A stretch of DNA of 64,000 nt from an uncultured virus (IMG/VR IMGVR_UViG_3300033150_001690) (lineage: Duplodnaviria > Heunggongvirae > Uroviricota > Caudoviricetes): IMG/VR virus record IMGVR_UViG_3300033150_001690. The stretch is one strand, 5' to 3'. Made by a program: the position numbers and the translations under genes. How positions within the stretch are numbered: position 1 is the first letter of the stretch; each line of letters begins with the position of its first letter. The notes below the pieces were generated by a model. It was not told the origin of the DNA, made no database searches, and saw only the letters and a program-made list of their open reading frames with translations. Of the stretch, positions 1 through 9,600 are shown piece by piece.

Positions 1-92
1 GACAAGATACCTGGTGTCCATACTGTCGTAAAATGGTCAAAGTTGTAAAGATAATTGATAGAGTAACTGGAGAGGAGAAAGAGAGATTATGA
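1..92 (+). CDS. Partial (5'-truncated) Zn-ribbon protein
   Basis: Frame reads ...QDTWCPYCRKMVKVVKIIDRVTGEEKERL*, with the stop overlapping the next ATG (ATGA). Confidence 0.55.
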   Translation, partial: QDTWCPYCRKMVKVVKIIDRVTGEEKERL

Positions 93-292
93 AATATTTA
101 GTTAAACAAATAGGAGACTTCTCCTGGATAGTAGAAAAAGAGACAGGAGAAGAATATTATGTGGTCTACGACTCCTGGAACAATACTTGGAAGTGTACCT
201 GTCCATATAACACTAGAACGAAGAAGACCTGTAAACACATTATAATGGTAAAACAATATATTTCAATTGGTCAGAGGGAGTTTGAAGAGTGA
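89..292 (+). CDS. SWIM zinc-finger protein
   Basis: CTC-x9-CKH motif. Confidence 0.8.
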   Translation: MKYLVKQIGDFSWIVEKETGEEYYVVYDSWNNTWKCTCPYNTRTKKTCKHIIMVKQYISIGQREFEE

Positions 293-657
293 AGTTAGTG
301 TATTTATCTTATCCCTATAAGGGAGACATAGAGAAGAATACTAGAAATGCTAGAATATTGGGTCAAGTATTAATGAGAGATCATCCTGACTGGTTTGTAA
401 TAGTACCTCACACAGCAGTAGATGGTCTAATATTTGATCATATACCAAACAGTGACCAGGTCACTCTATCACAACACTTACAGGCTATAGAGTATGAATA
501 TCGTGTCTTAGAAGCAATAGACATCTTTGTAATTGGGACACCTTTAGGGGAGGAAAGTGAAGGTATGATCTGGGAGTTAGGATATGTGAATCACTTAAAC
601 AATAGGAGAAAGAAGAAGATTCAGGTTATAAGGACCATTAGAGGAGGAGAAGGTTAA
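289..657 (+). CDS. Nucleoside 2-deoxyribosyltransferase-like (DUF1937/DUF4406-type) protein
   Basis: N-terminal VYLSYPY, PH motif, and ESEG-x2-WE-x2-Y near the C-terminus. Confidence 0.6.
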   Translation: MKLVYLSYPYKGDIEKNTRNARILGQVLMRDHPDWFVIVPHTAVDGLIFDHIPNSDQVTLSQHLQAIEYEYRVLEAIDIFVIGTPLGEESEGMIWELGYVNHLNNRRKKKIQVIRTIRGGEG

Positions 658-876
658 ATGAAGAAAGGAGAACTTGAGAAAAGAATTAAGAAGAAGTTAG
701 TTAGTATTCTTGAAGAAGCTAAGCAAGAGTTTCCAAAACTAGGTATTGGAGGCTCTAATGATCTTCAGAGTATCTACAATTATTCTGAGACTACAGAAGA
801 AGCATTAAGCATTGCACTAGAAACACTTCAAGAAGTAAAGGAATGGTTTGAAAAGTGGTTTGGAGAAAATGGTTAA
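658..876 (+). CDS. Hypothetical protein
   Basis: ORF with GGAGG RBS, translationally coupled to neighbours. Confidence 0.6.
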   Translation: MKKGELEKRIKKKLVSILEEAKQEFPKLGIGGSNDLQSIYNYSETTEEALSIALETLQEVKEWFEKWFGENG

Positions 877-1423
877 AATAGAGATAACTAAATTCCCCTG
901 TCCTAAATGTGGCCAATACTTCCCTCCTAGTCTAATATTGAAGAACAGGGCTATTATGAGATGTCCTATTCATGGTCTCTATGAAGTTGATATAGATAGA
1001 TCTCTTCATTTCAGGAGCTTCTGTAGTAAGATAGCTAGTCACAGTAACAAGTCTAGGGACTATTACACTTCAACAGAAAGAAAGATCTTAACAATATTAA
1101 GAGAACTAGGATATAAAGAAGGATTTGACTTCATACATAATGTTAGATTTAAGAATGGTAAGAAGTATTATTGGGGAGATTTCTACTTTCCAAATAAAGA
1201 ACTAATACTGGAAGTCTCCCCTGCAATTTGGCATAAAATGTGGGGAAGAAGAGTTTCAGAAGAAACAAAGAAAATATTCTTTAAGAAACATGGTATAACA
1301 GTTATAGAGATAACAGAACCTCTGTTAAATGCTTCTAAGAAGTTACTCAAGAGAGCTTTAAAGAATATTCTAGATAATATACACGGAATACAAGAAAAGA
1401 CATATAGGTATGAGGTCGTATGA
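848..1423 (+). CDS. Zn-finger plus DUF559/Vsr-like PD-(D/E)xK endonuclease (start probably ATG 869)
   Basis: CPKC...CPIH zinc knuckle; TSTE..., GDFYF...LILEV...WH motifs. Confidence 0.7.
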   Translation: MKSGLEKMVKIEITKFPCPKCGQYFPPSLILKNRAIMRCPIHGLYEVDIDRSLHFRSFCSKIASHSNKSRDYYTSTERKILTILRELGYKEGFDFIHNVRFKNGKKYYWGDFYFPNKELILEVSPAIWHKMWGRRVSEETKKIFFKKHGITVIEITEPLLNASKKLLKRALKNILDNIHGIQEKTYRYEVV

Positions 1424-1424
1424 A

Positions 1425-1541
1425 ATGAAGAAAGGTCCTGCTTATTATGAGAAGATCTGGAGAGATGGGAGGTATATCGTGGTTGTATACGATAAGAATG
1501 GTAAAGTTATTACTAAATATGAAGAAGGTGAGAAAATATGA
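1425..1541 (+). CDS. Small hypothetical protein (38 aa)
   Basis: MKKGPAYYEKIWRDG...; fills the gap and overlaps the radA start (ATGA). Confidence 0.45.
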   Translation: MKKGPAYYEKIWRDGRYIVVVYDKNGKVITKYEEGEKI

Positions 1542-2539
1542 GTGAAGAAAAAGAGAGTACCTTGTTACAGGTAAAAGGAATAGGTCCTAAAACAGTAGAG
1601 AAGTTAGAAAATACTGGAGTATCTGACATTACTCAACTAGCTGTAATGAGACCAGAAGAACTAAAGAGTCTTCTAGGAATAACTCTAAAGGCCGCTAAAG
1701 ACATTGTTAATGATGCTAAGAATAAGGCATTAGATAAGGCCATCAAGACCTCTACGTTTGCTGAGAGACTAGAACATAGAAGAAAGATCATACAAAGAAT
1801 ACCTACAGGTTGTAGTGAACTAGATAGACTGTTAAATGGAGGAGTACCTACAGAAGCAATAACTACATTTAAAGGAGAATATGCTAGTGGGAAGACCCAG
1901 TTCTGCAATCAGTTAGCAGTTAATTGTTTGAAGTATTTGAAGAGAAAAGTAATATGGATAGAGACAGAAGCAAGTACCTTTATACCTGAAAGAGTGAAGG
2001 AGATGGCTGATGCTATTGGTCTTAAGATAGATGGAGAGAATGACTTTATAGTGATCCCTGCTGATCAGATAGCTACACCATATAACCAGTTTCTAGCATA
2101 TGAGAGGGCTATGAAGGAGGCTAGAAGAAGAAATATGGATGTAGGTCTCTTTATAGTAGACTCCTTCACTGCTAAGTTTAGAGGCTTCTACTCTGGAAGA
2201 GAGATGTTTCCTGATAGAGCTAAAGAAGAGGCCAGACATCTAGGGTATTTGGATATGTTAGCTAGTAACTATAATATGGCAGTGGTCTTAACAGCACAAG
2301 TAATGGGTATACCTGACACAGGTCAACAACTAGGAGAGAGAGTGAAGACAGGTCATACTAAGAGAATGTGGGGAGGAGACCTGATCACACACTGGAGTAC
2401 ATATATTATTAGTCTTCAGAAGATGTCTCTTACAGACTGGGAGGCTATTATAGCAGATGCTCCAGATGTAGCTATGAAGAGTGTACGTTTCAGGTTAACT
2501 TCCGCAGGTATAAGAGATATTCCTGGAAGAAGACGTTAG
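1538..2539 (+). CDS. radA: DNA repair and recombination protein RadA (Rad51-like)
   Basis: N-terminal HhH (VKGIGPKT), IPTG-x3-LD-x2-LNGGV, Walker A GEYASGKT, Walker B LFIVDS. Confidence 0.93.
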   Translation: MSEEKESTLLQVKGIGPKTVEKLENTGVSDITQLAVMRPEELKSLLGITLKAAKDIVNDAKNKALDKAIKTSTFAERLEHRRKIIQRIPTGCSELDRLLNGGVPTEAITTFKGEYASGKTQFCNQLAVNCLKYLKRKVIWIETEASTFIPERVKEMADAIGLKIDGENDFIVIPADQIATPYNQFLAYERAMKEARRRNMDVGLFIVDSFTAKFRGFYSGREMFPDRAKEEARHLGYLDMLASNYNMAVVLTAQVMGIPDTGQQLGERVKTGHTKRMWGGDLITHWSTYIISLQKMSLTDWEAIIADAPDVAMKSVRFRLTSAGIRDIPGRRR

Positions 2540-2570
2540 TTTATGTTAAACAAAATAAAGAGGTGATAAA

Positions 2571-3551
2571 ATGGGTGGAGAGATACCTGAGAAATATACA
2601 AAACTTCTGGATAAGGGCAGTAAGAAGTGGGGCGTAAAGAAGGAGGAGTTATCTAACCTTCTTACTAGCTACTATAATGAAGTAAATGACTGGAGTAAGG
2701 CCTGGAGAAGACTTAAAGTAGAGATGAGTGCAGAAGCTGGATCCTTCTTATCTTCAGCTACTATGTTCTATGCCTATCTAATAGGAGACAGTGGAATGTT
2801 TGACTGGATAGAGAGAATGAGACAGAAGGCGTTAGCAATGTATAATGACCCAGAGAGAAGAGAAGAGGCCATATCTAAAGGATATGTTACTATAGATGGA
2901 ACTCCCTTAGACTGGAGAGATAAGAAGTTTGGAAGGGATAATCCTCAGAAGGGTCTACCATTAGAAGGAGAAGAGTTTGAAAGAGATCTATTTGCAGTAA
3001 TATCAGAGTCTCCTGACTTCAGTAATGTTGAAGTAGGAAGAGTAATAGCACTAGGAGACAGTGCAGAAAATATGAAGGATATTGAACTCTTCAAGTTCTA
3101 CAAGTTTAGAGCCACTAGAAGAAAGAGAAGTAGACCTGATCTTCCTCTTCAACTAAATGTTACTTCTGTGACCAAGTTTAGAGAGATAGACCCTGGAATA
3201 ACACCTGGAGAACTAGCTAATAAAATACCATACTTAGATGTAGATGAACATATTATCTTTGAAGAATATAAAGAGAAGTATCTTAATAAGCCTAGGTCTT
3301 CACTGTTCTCTTCTATTAGAGGAGTAGTTCAGGAAATATCTACTTCTCCTGTTAAAAACAGAAGATCTTTTGCTATAGTGTCTACTGATGAAGAAGACTT
3401 TGCAGAATGGGGTCTGGTCTGTAGAATGTCAGTAAACATTCCTGTTATCTTCAAAGTAAATGATGAGGTCCAGGTCTTTGGAAGAATATGGCAGAGTAGA
3501 AGATCAGGGAAGTTTGGAGTAGATGTACAAGGATATTTGGTGGTAGAGTAA
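2571..3551 (+). CDS. Putative OB-fold ssDNA-binding (RPA-like) protein
   Basis: Adjacent to radA; OB-like strands (IRGVVQEI, EVQVFGRIW, LNVTSVTKF); inferred from context. Confidence 0.5.
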   Translation: MGGEIPEKYTKLLDKGSKKWGVKKEELSNLLTSYYNEVNDWSKAWRRLKVEMSAEAGSFLSSATMFYAYLIGDSGMFDWIERMRQKALAMYNDPERREEAISKGYVTIDGTPLDWRDKKFGRDNPQKGLPLEGEEFERDLFAVISESPDFSNVEVGRVIALGDSAENMKDIELFKFYKFRATRRKRSRPDLPLQLNVTSVTKFREIDPGITPGELANKIPYLDVDEHIIFEEYKEKYLNKPRSSLFSSIRGVVQEISTSPVKNRRSFAIVSTDEEDFAEWGLVCRMSVNIPVIFKVNDEVQVFGRIWQSRRSGKFGVDVQGYLVVE

Positions 3552-3552
3552 A

Positions 3553-4392
3553 ATGTCAGAAGAAAAAGTACCAGAAACAGAAGTGTCTTTAGAGACAGTG
3601 ATCTGGGTAGATCCTAAGAAGTTGAAAGTAGCTCCTACTAATGTTAGAGTAGAAGAGATACCTGATGAAGAAAAAGAGAAGATGAGAAGATCTGTAGAAC
3701 ATGAAGGGATCAAACAACCTATTATTATTAATGAAAACTATGAAGTAGTATCTGGAGGAGTAAGATGGTCAGCAGCACTAGCAGCAGGTCTAGAGAAGGT
3801 CCCATGTATTATGAGACACTTTAATAACAAATATGAAGAGAGAATAACTTGTATGTTACAGGACTTCTTCCATCATCCTATTAGTCAAAGAGCCAAATAT
3901 CTCTTTGTTAAGAAGTGTATAGAAGAAGATGGTATGACTATTAAAGACATAGCTAAGTCTCTAGGAGTAACAGAATATACTGTTAGAAGATGGGCTAATT
4001 ATGAATGGGTCCCTGAACAGATCAAAGACAAGCCAAAATATAAACAAATGTATTTATTAACTTCTGGTAAGAAGAAGAGAGCTATAGAATCAGTATTAAA
4101 ACATCCTGAGTTTAAAGATGATATTAATAGAAGTCTTCAGCTAATTGAAATGACCAGAGAAGCAGGTCTAAGGGAGTTAGAGAGTATAAAGAAAGATGTT
4201 AACACAGGTCTATGGGTAGATCTTGACTTTAGAAGAAAACTAGCTAATATGGAGACTGCTCTAATAGAAGTGAAGATCCCTAAGAGACTAGATCTTCTCT
4301 TCAGGAAGAAACTAAGAATAGAAAGAAAAGACTTCAACAAAGTCCTAGTGGATCTTATCCAGAAGTATGTAGATGGAGAAGTGGAGGTATAG
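3553..4392 (+). CDS. ParB/Srx-family protein with HTH and C-terminal RHH-like segment
   Basis: NVR...SV-x2-EGIKQPIII...VVSGGVRW ParB-N motifs; HTH MTIKDIAKSLGVTEYTVRRW. Confidence 0.85.
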   Translation: MSEEKVPETEVSLETVIWVDPKKLKVAPTNVRVEEIPDEEKEKMRRSVEHEGIKQPIIINENYEVVSGGVRWSAALAAGLEKVPCIMRHFNNKYEERITCMLQDFFHHPISQRAKYLFVKKCIEEDGMTIKDIAKSLGVTEYTVRRWANYEWVPEQIKDKPKYKQMYLLTSGKKKRAIESVLKHPEFKDDINRSLQLIEMTREAGLRELESIKKDVNTGLWVDLDFRRKLANMETALIEVKIPKRLDLLFRKKLRIERKDFNKVLVDLIQKYVDGEVEV

Positions 4393-4394
4393 AC

Positions 4395-4751
4395 CTGTTT
4401 AGAAGAAGAAAAGGTCCTACTCCACTCTCCTTCTACAGAGAAGATGGTAAGATACAGTTTATAACAGGAGATGTATTCTTAACTAAGAAATATGCCCAGT
4501 ATTTTTATAATTTTGTTTTAGAACCTCTTCATATTACTGAAGAGAACTTAAATGATCCAATTATTCAGAAGAGATTAGAAGAACAACGTAAGTACTTCCT
4601 TCATTTTATGGAGCAAAATGTGGAGTGTCCTATTATGCATAGTTATAGGAATAGTAAAGGGAAGGAAGTGTATTATACTATATGGGTCCTTCCTTCAGAA
4701 TTAGAACATCATTTGTTGAAGGTCCACAAGATTAGAAAGAGTAAAGTTTAA
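4395..4751 (+). CDS. Hypothetical protein (118 aa) with probable CTG start; absent from the ORF track
   Basis: Open frame 4395-4751 preceded by GGAGGT at 4383-4388; C-terminal CPIMH...HHLLKVH. Confidence 0.55.
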   Translation: MFRRRKGPTPLSFYREDGKIQFITGDVFLTKKYAQYFYNFVLEPLHITEENLNDPIIQKRLEEQRKYFLHFMEQNVECPIMHSYRNSKGKEVYYTIWVLPSELEHHLLKVHKIRKSKV

Positions 4752-4792
4752 GAAGGAAGCAGACATACTCTAATTTTGGAGGTATCCTTAAA

Positions 4793-5074
4793 ATGGAACA
4801 TGTGAAGGAAAGGTTAGCTTCCTTAGAGACCAAAGTTGCAGAAATGGAGAAAAGAATAGATGAACGCTTAGATATTATTTCTAAGAAGGTTGATGAAATA
4901 AGAGAGAATTTAGTTAATGAGCTAGCACATACTAAGGAGAGATTAGATTATATAGAGACCGAAGTAGAGAAGAATAAAGGGAAGAGTGACCTGGTCAACA
5001 ACTGGATCAAGCCTATTATCATAACTCTTATTACTATCTTCTCAACATATTTCCTGACTAAAGGAGGATGGTAG
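4793..5074 (+). CDS. Coiled-coil protein with C-terminal TM helix (XhlA/holin-like)
   Basis: Heptad-rich N-terminus, hydrophobic IKPIIITLITIFSTYFL tail. Confidence 0.55.
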   Translation: MEHVKERLASLETKVAEMEKRIDERLDIISKKVDEIRENLVNELAHTKERLDYIETEVEKNKGKSDLVNNWIKPIIITLITIFSTYFLTKGGW

Positions 5075-5078
5075 GTAG

Positions 5079-6062
5079 TTGGATCTTATTGTAGAAGAAC
5101 TTGTTAAAAAACATTGGAAGAAAATAAGTAAGAAGAAGAACGTTATAGGATATTCAGGTCATTTACAACCTAAGATAGTAGCAGGAAAGATATATCCTTC
5201 TAGAAAGGCCTTTAGAATATATGTCTCTAAAAAGATGAAGGTCAAAGATCTACATCCTAGAGATATAATACCTATGAAGTTAAATGCTTCTAATGGTATT
5301 TATGAGACTGATATTATTGAAATAGGGGAAATAAAGGCCTTAGATAATAAAGAAAGAAGAAGACCTGTCTGTGCAGGAATATCTACTATGCACTATGGAA
5401 TGGAGGGAGACACTGCCTGTACTATTAATGGTTTCTTCAGAGATAATGAGACCAAGGAGATGTTAGTTGCTAGTAATTGCCACTGTTATGCGAGGGAGAA
5501 TAAAGCGAAGATAGGAGATCCTGTGGTACAACCTGGACCATATGATGGAGGAACTGCTTTAGATGTTATAGGTCATCTCTTCAAATATGTACCAGTAAAG
5601 TTTAATCACTTCACATGTCCTATTAGAAATGCCCTGGTGAAGATAAAGAGATTCTTCACCAGGGAGGATACCTCCAACAAAGTAGATATAGCATTTGCTA
5701 CAATAGAAGTACCATACGAAGTAATAGCAACTTATATTGGTCCTTTTAAAGGAAAGACCACCTTCAAAATAGGTGACCAGGTCACTAAAACAGGAAGGAC
5801 CACTGAACAGACATATGGCAAAGTGGTAGACATTGATTATAATGGAAGAGTACAATATTCTAGAGGAATAGCATGGTTTACTGACTGTTACTTGATACAG
5901 GGTCATCACTTCAGTCAGGGAGGAGATAGTGGAAGTCCTGTCTTTGACATGAACGGTAACTATGGAGGAGCATTATTTGCAGGAAGTGATGAATTTACTG
6001 TGGTCTGTAAAGTGGAGAACATAGAAGAGATAGGAGATGTTACTTTAATTGTCTCTTCTTAG
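5079..6062 (+). CDS. Trypsin-like serine protease (Nal1-like)
   Basis: Catalytic triad motifs SNCHC, VDIA, GDSGS; GRTT motif. Confidence 0.85.
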   Translation: MDLIVEELVKKHWKKISKKKNVIGYSGHLQPKIVAGKIYPSRKAFRIYVSKKMKVKDLHPRDIIPMKLNASNGIYETDIIEIGEIKALDNKERRRPVCAGISTMHYGMEGDTACTINGFFRDNETKEMLVASNCHCYARENKAKIGDPVVQPGPYDGGTALDVIGHLFKYVPVKFNHFTCPIRNALVKIKRFFTREDTSNKVDIAFATIEVPYEVIATYIGPFKGKTTFKIGDQVTKTGRTTEQTYGKVVDIDYNGRVQYSRGIAWFTDCYLIQGHHFSQGGDSGSPVFDMNGNYGGALFAGSDEFTVVCKVENIEEIGDVTLIVSS

Positions 6063-6510
6063 AAGAGTAGACTTCACTTATTTCTTTATGTTTCTATTTC
6101 AGTTTATCCTGTATAGAATGGATGGTCTGGTCTACTCTACGTTAGATAAAATAGGGTGGGAGTGGGGTCTGACCTGGTGGATCTTTATGTTTCTTATTGT
6201 ATTAGTAACTTCTTTTATGTTGTTTTCCTCCTGTGGTGATAAACAAGGTCTCTGGTACTTTATATTCTTTCTTTTACTATATATTGGAGACATTCAAAAT
6301 CTGTTCTATATCTTTAACATTCCTACACCTGTGTTTTTAAGAGATCCAAACTTCATTTATTTCTGGAATATCTTTTATATTCTCTTTGGATACCCTTGGA
6401 CCTTAAAAGAAGAAATATGTTTGTGGGTTCTAATTTGGTCTCTTTTAGCAGGTATTTATTTATATATGAGAAGAAGATTTAACATTTATGGGTTGATCAA
6501 GAATGAGTAG
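6049..6510 (+). CDS. Multi-pass membrane protein
   Basis: About four hydrophobic helices, F/W/I/L-rich. Confidence 0.75.
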   Translation: MSLLRRVDFTYFFMFLFQFILYRMDGLVYSTLDKIGWEWGLTWWIFMFLIVLVTSFMLFSSCGDKQGLWYFIFFLLLYIGDIQNLFYIFNIPTPVFLRDPNFIYFWNIFYILFGYPWTLKEEICLWVLIWSLLAGIYLYMRRRFNIYGLIKNE

Positions 6511-7816
6511 TATAAGAGACTTCTTATTTGGTAGAAAGAAGGAGGACTGGACCGTTCAGGCATTAGAGTCTAAATCAATAGAAGATATTAAGACTTTAAT
6601 GTCTCTTAGAGTTGGTGAAAAACAGGCAAAAGAACAATATAAGAAGTTATATGAGAAGGATGGTCTTACTTTTATGTTAGTTAATTACTTAGATCATAAG
6701 ATAGCAGGTCAAGGGTTCTATTTTGATGGAGATAGTGACCTGGTCAACAAACTAGAAGAGTGGTCTGAAGAAGTTGGTCTAAAGTTTGTTCTTAAGCATA
6801 TAGTTAAAGATGCTATTATCTATGGTACGGCCTGGATAGAACTAGTGTTGTCAGAAGATTATAGAAATATAGAAGACTTCAGGTTCTTTGATCCTACTAA
6901 AATGGACTTTGCTAGAGATAATTCAGGGAAGATTAAGTTAGATGAAAACGGAGAACCTCTTTGTATAGTACAAGAAGAAGGTCTTAAGAAGAGAGAATGG
7001 TACAAAGATCGTATAGAAGAAAATGGTAAAATAATAATTAAGGCAGGAAGAGGAGATGATTTCAGGAAACATATAGCATACTTCAAACTAGAAAGTTATG
7101 GTGATGATCCTATAGGTCTAAGTCTAATAGCTCCTATTTACAGGTCTGCTATTATTAGAAGTAATATATCAGACATGGTTGGAGAAGCAGCATATAGAGG
7201 GGGAGGTATAGTAGCATATTTATCAGGTAATCCTCCAGAAGAAGTAAAGAAGAAATTAGCAGAAGACCTCAAGAATATTACTTCTAAAAATATCTTTGTA
7301 TTTAGTGATAAGATCAGATTAGACCTAGTTCCTATTCCTGATACACGAGAGAGAGAAGGTCTTATTTATTATCTAGCAGATGAAGAAGCATCCACATTTG
7401 GAGTACCATTGGATGTTCTAATGTGTGGAGTAAAATCATATAGACAAGATCTTCCTTCTAAGTTAGCAGATATGGAAGCTAGAATATCTTCTTATCAGGA
7501 ATACATAGCATACCAGTTTAATAAACAGGTCATAGATTTTCTCCTTCGTTTATGGAAGACAGATAAGAAGGCTAAATTGGTCTTTAGAACACAATCTCCA
7601 AGTATTAAGTTATCTAGATCTAGAAGAATAGCTACATTAGCAAGAAGAGGTCTAATAAGATATGATCCACAATTAGAACTTCACTTAAGAAGAGAAGAAG
7701 GTCTTCCTGTTAAGTTTGTACAGTTATCTCTTAAACAATGGCAGGAAGAGAAGAAGTCTCCCGAAGAGATTAAGTCAGATGTAGAAATTATAGCGAAGGA
7801 AGAAGATGAAGTTTAA
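6503..7816 (+). CDS. Portal protein
   Basis: 437 aa; DAIIYGTAWIELV, YG-x3-GLSLI-x-P and FGVP-x2-L motifs typical of HK97/Mu-type portals. Confidence 0.85.
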   Translation: MSSIRDFLFGRKKEDWTVQALESKSIEDIKTLMSLRVGEKQAKEQYKKLYEKDGLTFMLVNYLDHKIAGQGFYFDGDSDLVNKLEEWSEEVGLKFVLKHIVKDAIIYGTAWIELVLSEDYRNIEDFRFFDPTKMDFARDNSGKIKLDENGEPLCIVQEEGLKKREWYKDRIEENGKIIIKAGRGDDFRKHIAYFKLESYGDDPIGLSLIAPIYRSAIIRSNISDMVGEAAYRGGGIVAYLSGNPPEEVKKKLAEDLKNITSKNIFVFSDKIRLDLVPIPDTREREGLIYYLADEEASTFGVPLDVLMCGVKSYRQDLPSKLADMEARISSYQEYIAYQFNKQVIDFLLRLWKTDKKAKLVFRTQSPSIKLSRSRRIATLARRGLIRYDPQLELHLRREEGLPVKFVQLSLKQWQEEKKSPEEIKSDVEIIAKEEDEV

Positions 7817-7895
7817 AGAAGTAAGAGAATATACGACCAAAAGATTTATAGCTTCTATATTTCATATTTAGCATATAAGATCTTTAGAGTATGGT

Positions 7896-9029
7896 TTGAG
7901 AGAGATGTTAGAAGAAGAAGAGTATCTAGATAAAATAGTACAAGGTCATGTGTTAGAAGTGTTAAAACAGATACCTTCTGAAGTAGCAGATGCTGTTGTA
8001 ACAAGCCCTCCCTACTATTTTCAAAGGGATTACGGAGAAGGATCTGAAGCAATATGGGGAGGAGATCCTTCCTGTGATCATAAATGGGTAGAATATGAGA
8101 GAGCTAGTAACTGTTGGAGTGTCCCTGGAAGAGGAGCATATGGAGTAAAAGGAGAATATAATAAGGCCTGGGTCAAATCTCATAAACAGGCATTTTGTAA
8201 GAAGTGTGGAGCATGGAAGGGTCAATTAGGTCTAGAACCTGTATGGTGGATGTATATTGAACATCTTAATATGGTCTTTCATGAAACAAAGAGAATATTG
8301 AAGAAGACAGGGACCATGTTTATAGTTGTAGGAGATACATACTTTGGAGGGAGAGGTTTTAACGATCGTAGAGTAAAGAAGAACTTCAGAACTAAGATCA
8401 ACTATGAATTTAGAAAGGAGATGCAGGATAAAGACCCTATCTATCAACCTAAATGTTTAATGGGTATTCCATATAGACTAGCGTTTAGACTAATAGAAGA
8501 TGGGTGGATCTGGAGAAATAACATTATATGGTATAAACCTAATCATATGCCACATCCTGTTAGAGACAGATTAACTAAGGCATATGAAAGTATTCTCTTC
8601 TTTGTAAAGAACAGAAAGTATTTCTTTAATTTAGATGCAATAAGAGAACCACATAAGTGGGCTTCTAAAGACAAACGATCTTTGCTAAGAAGAGTCCCTC
8701 ATAAAAGTGGAAAATCTCTAACTGGTCAATATAGTAGTAATGCAGTAGGGTATCATCCTCTTGGACGTAATCCTGGAGATGTTTGGAAGATTAAAACATC
8801 CTCTTTTAAAGGAGCACACTTTGCGGTCTTTCCTGAAGAACTAGTGAAGAAATGTCTTATAGCAGGCTGTCCTGAAAATGGAGTAGTATTAGATCCATTT
8901 ATAGGAAGTGGTACTACAGCAGTAGTAGCTAAGAGTCTAGGTCTACATTATATTGGCATTGAAGTAGTTCCTAAATATGTAGAGATGGCCAGAAATAGAA
9001 TAAAGGGGAAGTTAGACTATTATCTGTGA
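7896..9029 (+). CDS. Site-specific DNA methyltransferase, beta class (N4-C/N6-A) with Cys/His insertion
   Basis: Motif IV TSPPY precedes motif I DPFIGSGTT; HFAVFP; insert CDHKW...FCKKCGAW. Confidence 0.93.
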   Translation: MREMLEEEEYLDKIVQGHVLEVLKQIPSEVADAVVTSPPYYFQRDYGEGSEAIWGGDPSCDHKWVEYERASNCWSVPGRGAYGVKGEYNKAWVKSHKQAFCKKCGAWKGQLGLEPVWWMYIEHLNMVFHETKRILKKTGTMFIVVGDTYFGGRGFNDRRVKKNFRTKINYEFRKEMQDKDPIYQPKCLMGIPYRLAFRLIEDGWIWRNNIIWYKPNHMPHPVRDRLTKAYESILFFVKNRKYFFNLDAIREPHKWASKDKRSLLRRVPHKSGKSLTGQYSSNAVGYHPLGRNPGDVWKIKTSSFKGAHFAVFPEELVKKCLIAGCPENGVVLDPFIGSGTTAVVAKSLGLHYIGIEVVPKYVEMARNRIKGKLDYYL

Positions 9030-9074
9030 TCTTAGAGAAAGATTTAAAACTAAGAAGAGATAAAGAGTTAGTAG

Positions 9075-9371
9075 GTGTCTTATTTGAAGACAAAGACCAT
9101 TCTTGGTGAAGATCTTAAACCTGTTATAATTCTTAGAGATTTAGAAGATCTTGAAGAGTTAGCCAGAAGATGGAAACAGGAGATATGGGAGACTGATCTT
9201 GCCTATTATATACTAACCCCTAACTATATTTGGAAGGTTTTTAAAGAGAAGATGTGTGAAACTGTAGAAGAGTCACTACCTCTTAAAGTAAAACAATATC
9301 CTCTTAAGACCAGTACTGATTCTATTTCTTATGAAGGAAAATGGATGTATGATGTTCCTGTAACATGTTAG
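9075..9371 (+). CDS. Hypothetical protein
   Basis: ORF downstream of a TATA-like TTTAAAA. Confidence 0.55.
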   Translation: MSYLKTKTILGEDLKPVIILRDLEDLEELARRWKQEIWETDLAYYILTPNYIWKVFKEKMCETVEESLPLKVKQYPLKTSTDSISYEGKWMYDVPVTC

Positions 9372-9381
9372 GAGGGATAAT

Positions 9382-9600
9382 ATGGCTCATGCAGAAATTT
9401 GTCCTGTATGTAACGGAAAAGGAGTTATAGAAGAGGAAATAGGTTCTACAGGTGAAAAGTCTATTAAAGTCTGTCATGGTTGTGGAGGAAGAGGATGGAT
9501 AGAAGTGAGAGATGATCCTTGTTATTCTCCATGGTACCCTTATACTATAGCGTGGACTGTAAAAGGAAGTCAGAATTATGATCCAAATATCAGTAAATGA
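9382..9600 (+). CDS. DnaJ-type CxxCxGxG zinc-finger protein
   Basis: CPVCNGKG and CHGCGGRG. Confidence 0.8.
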   Translation: MAHAEICPVCNGKGVIEEEIGSTGEKSIKVCHGCGGRGWIEVRDDPCYSPWYPYTIAWTVKGSQNYDPNISK

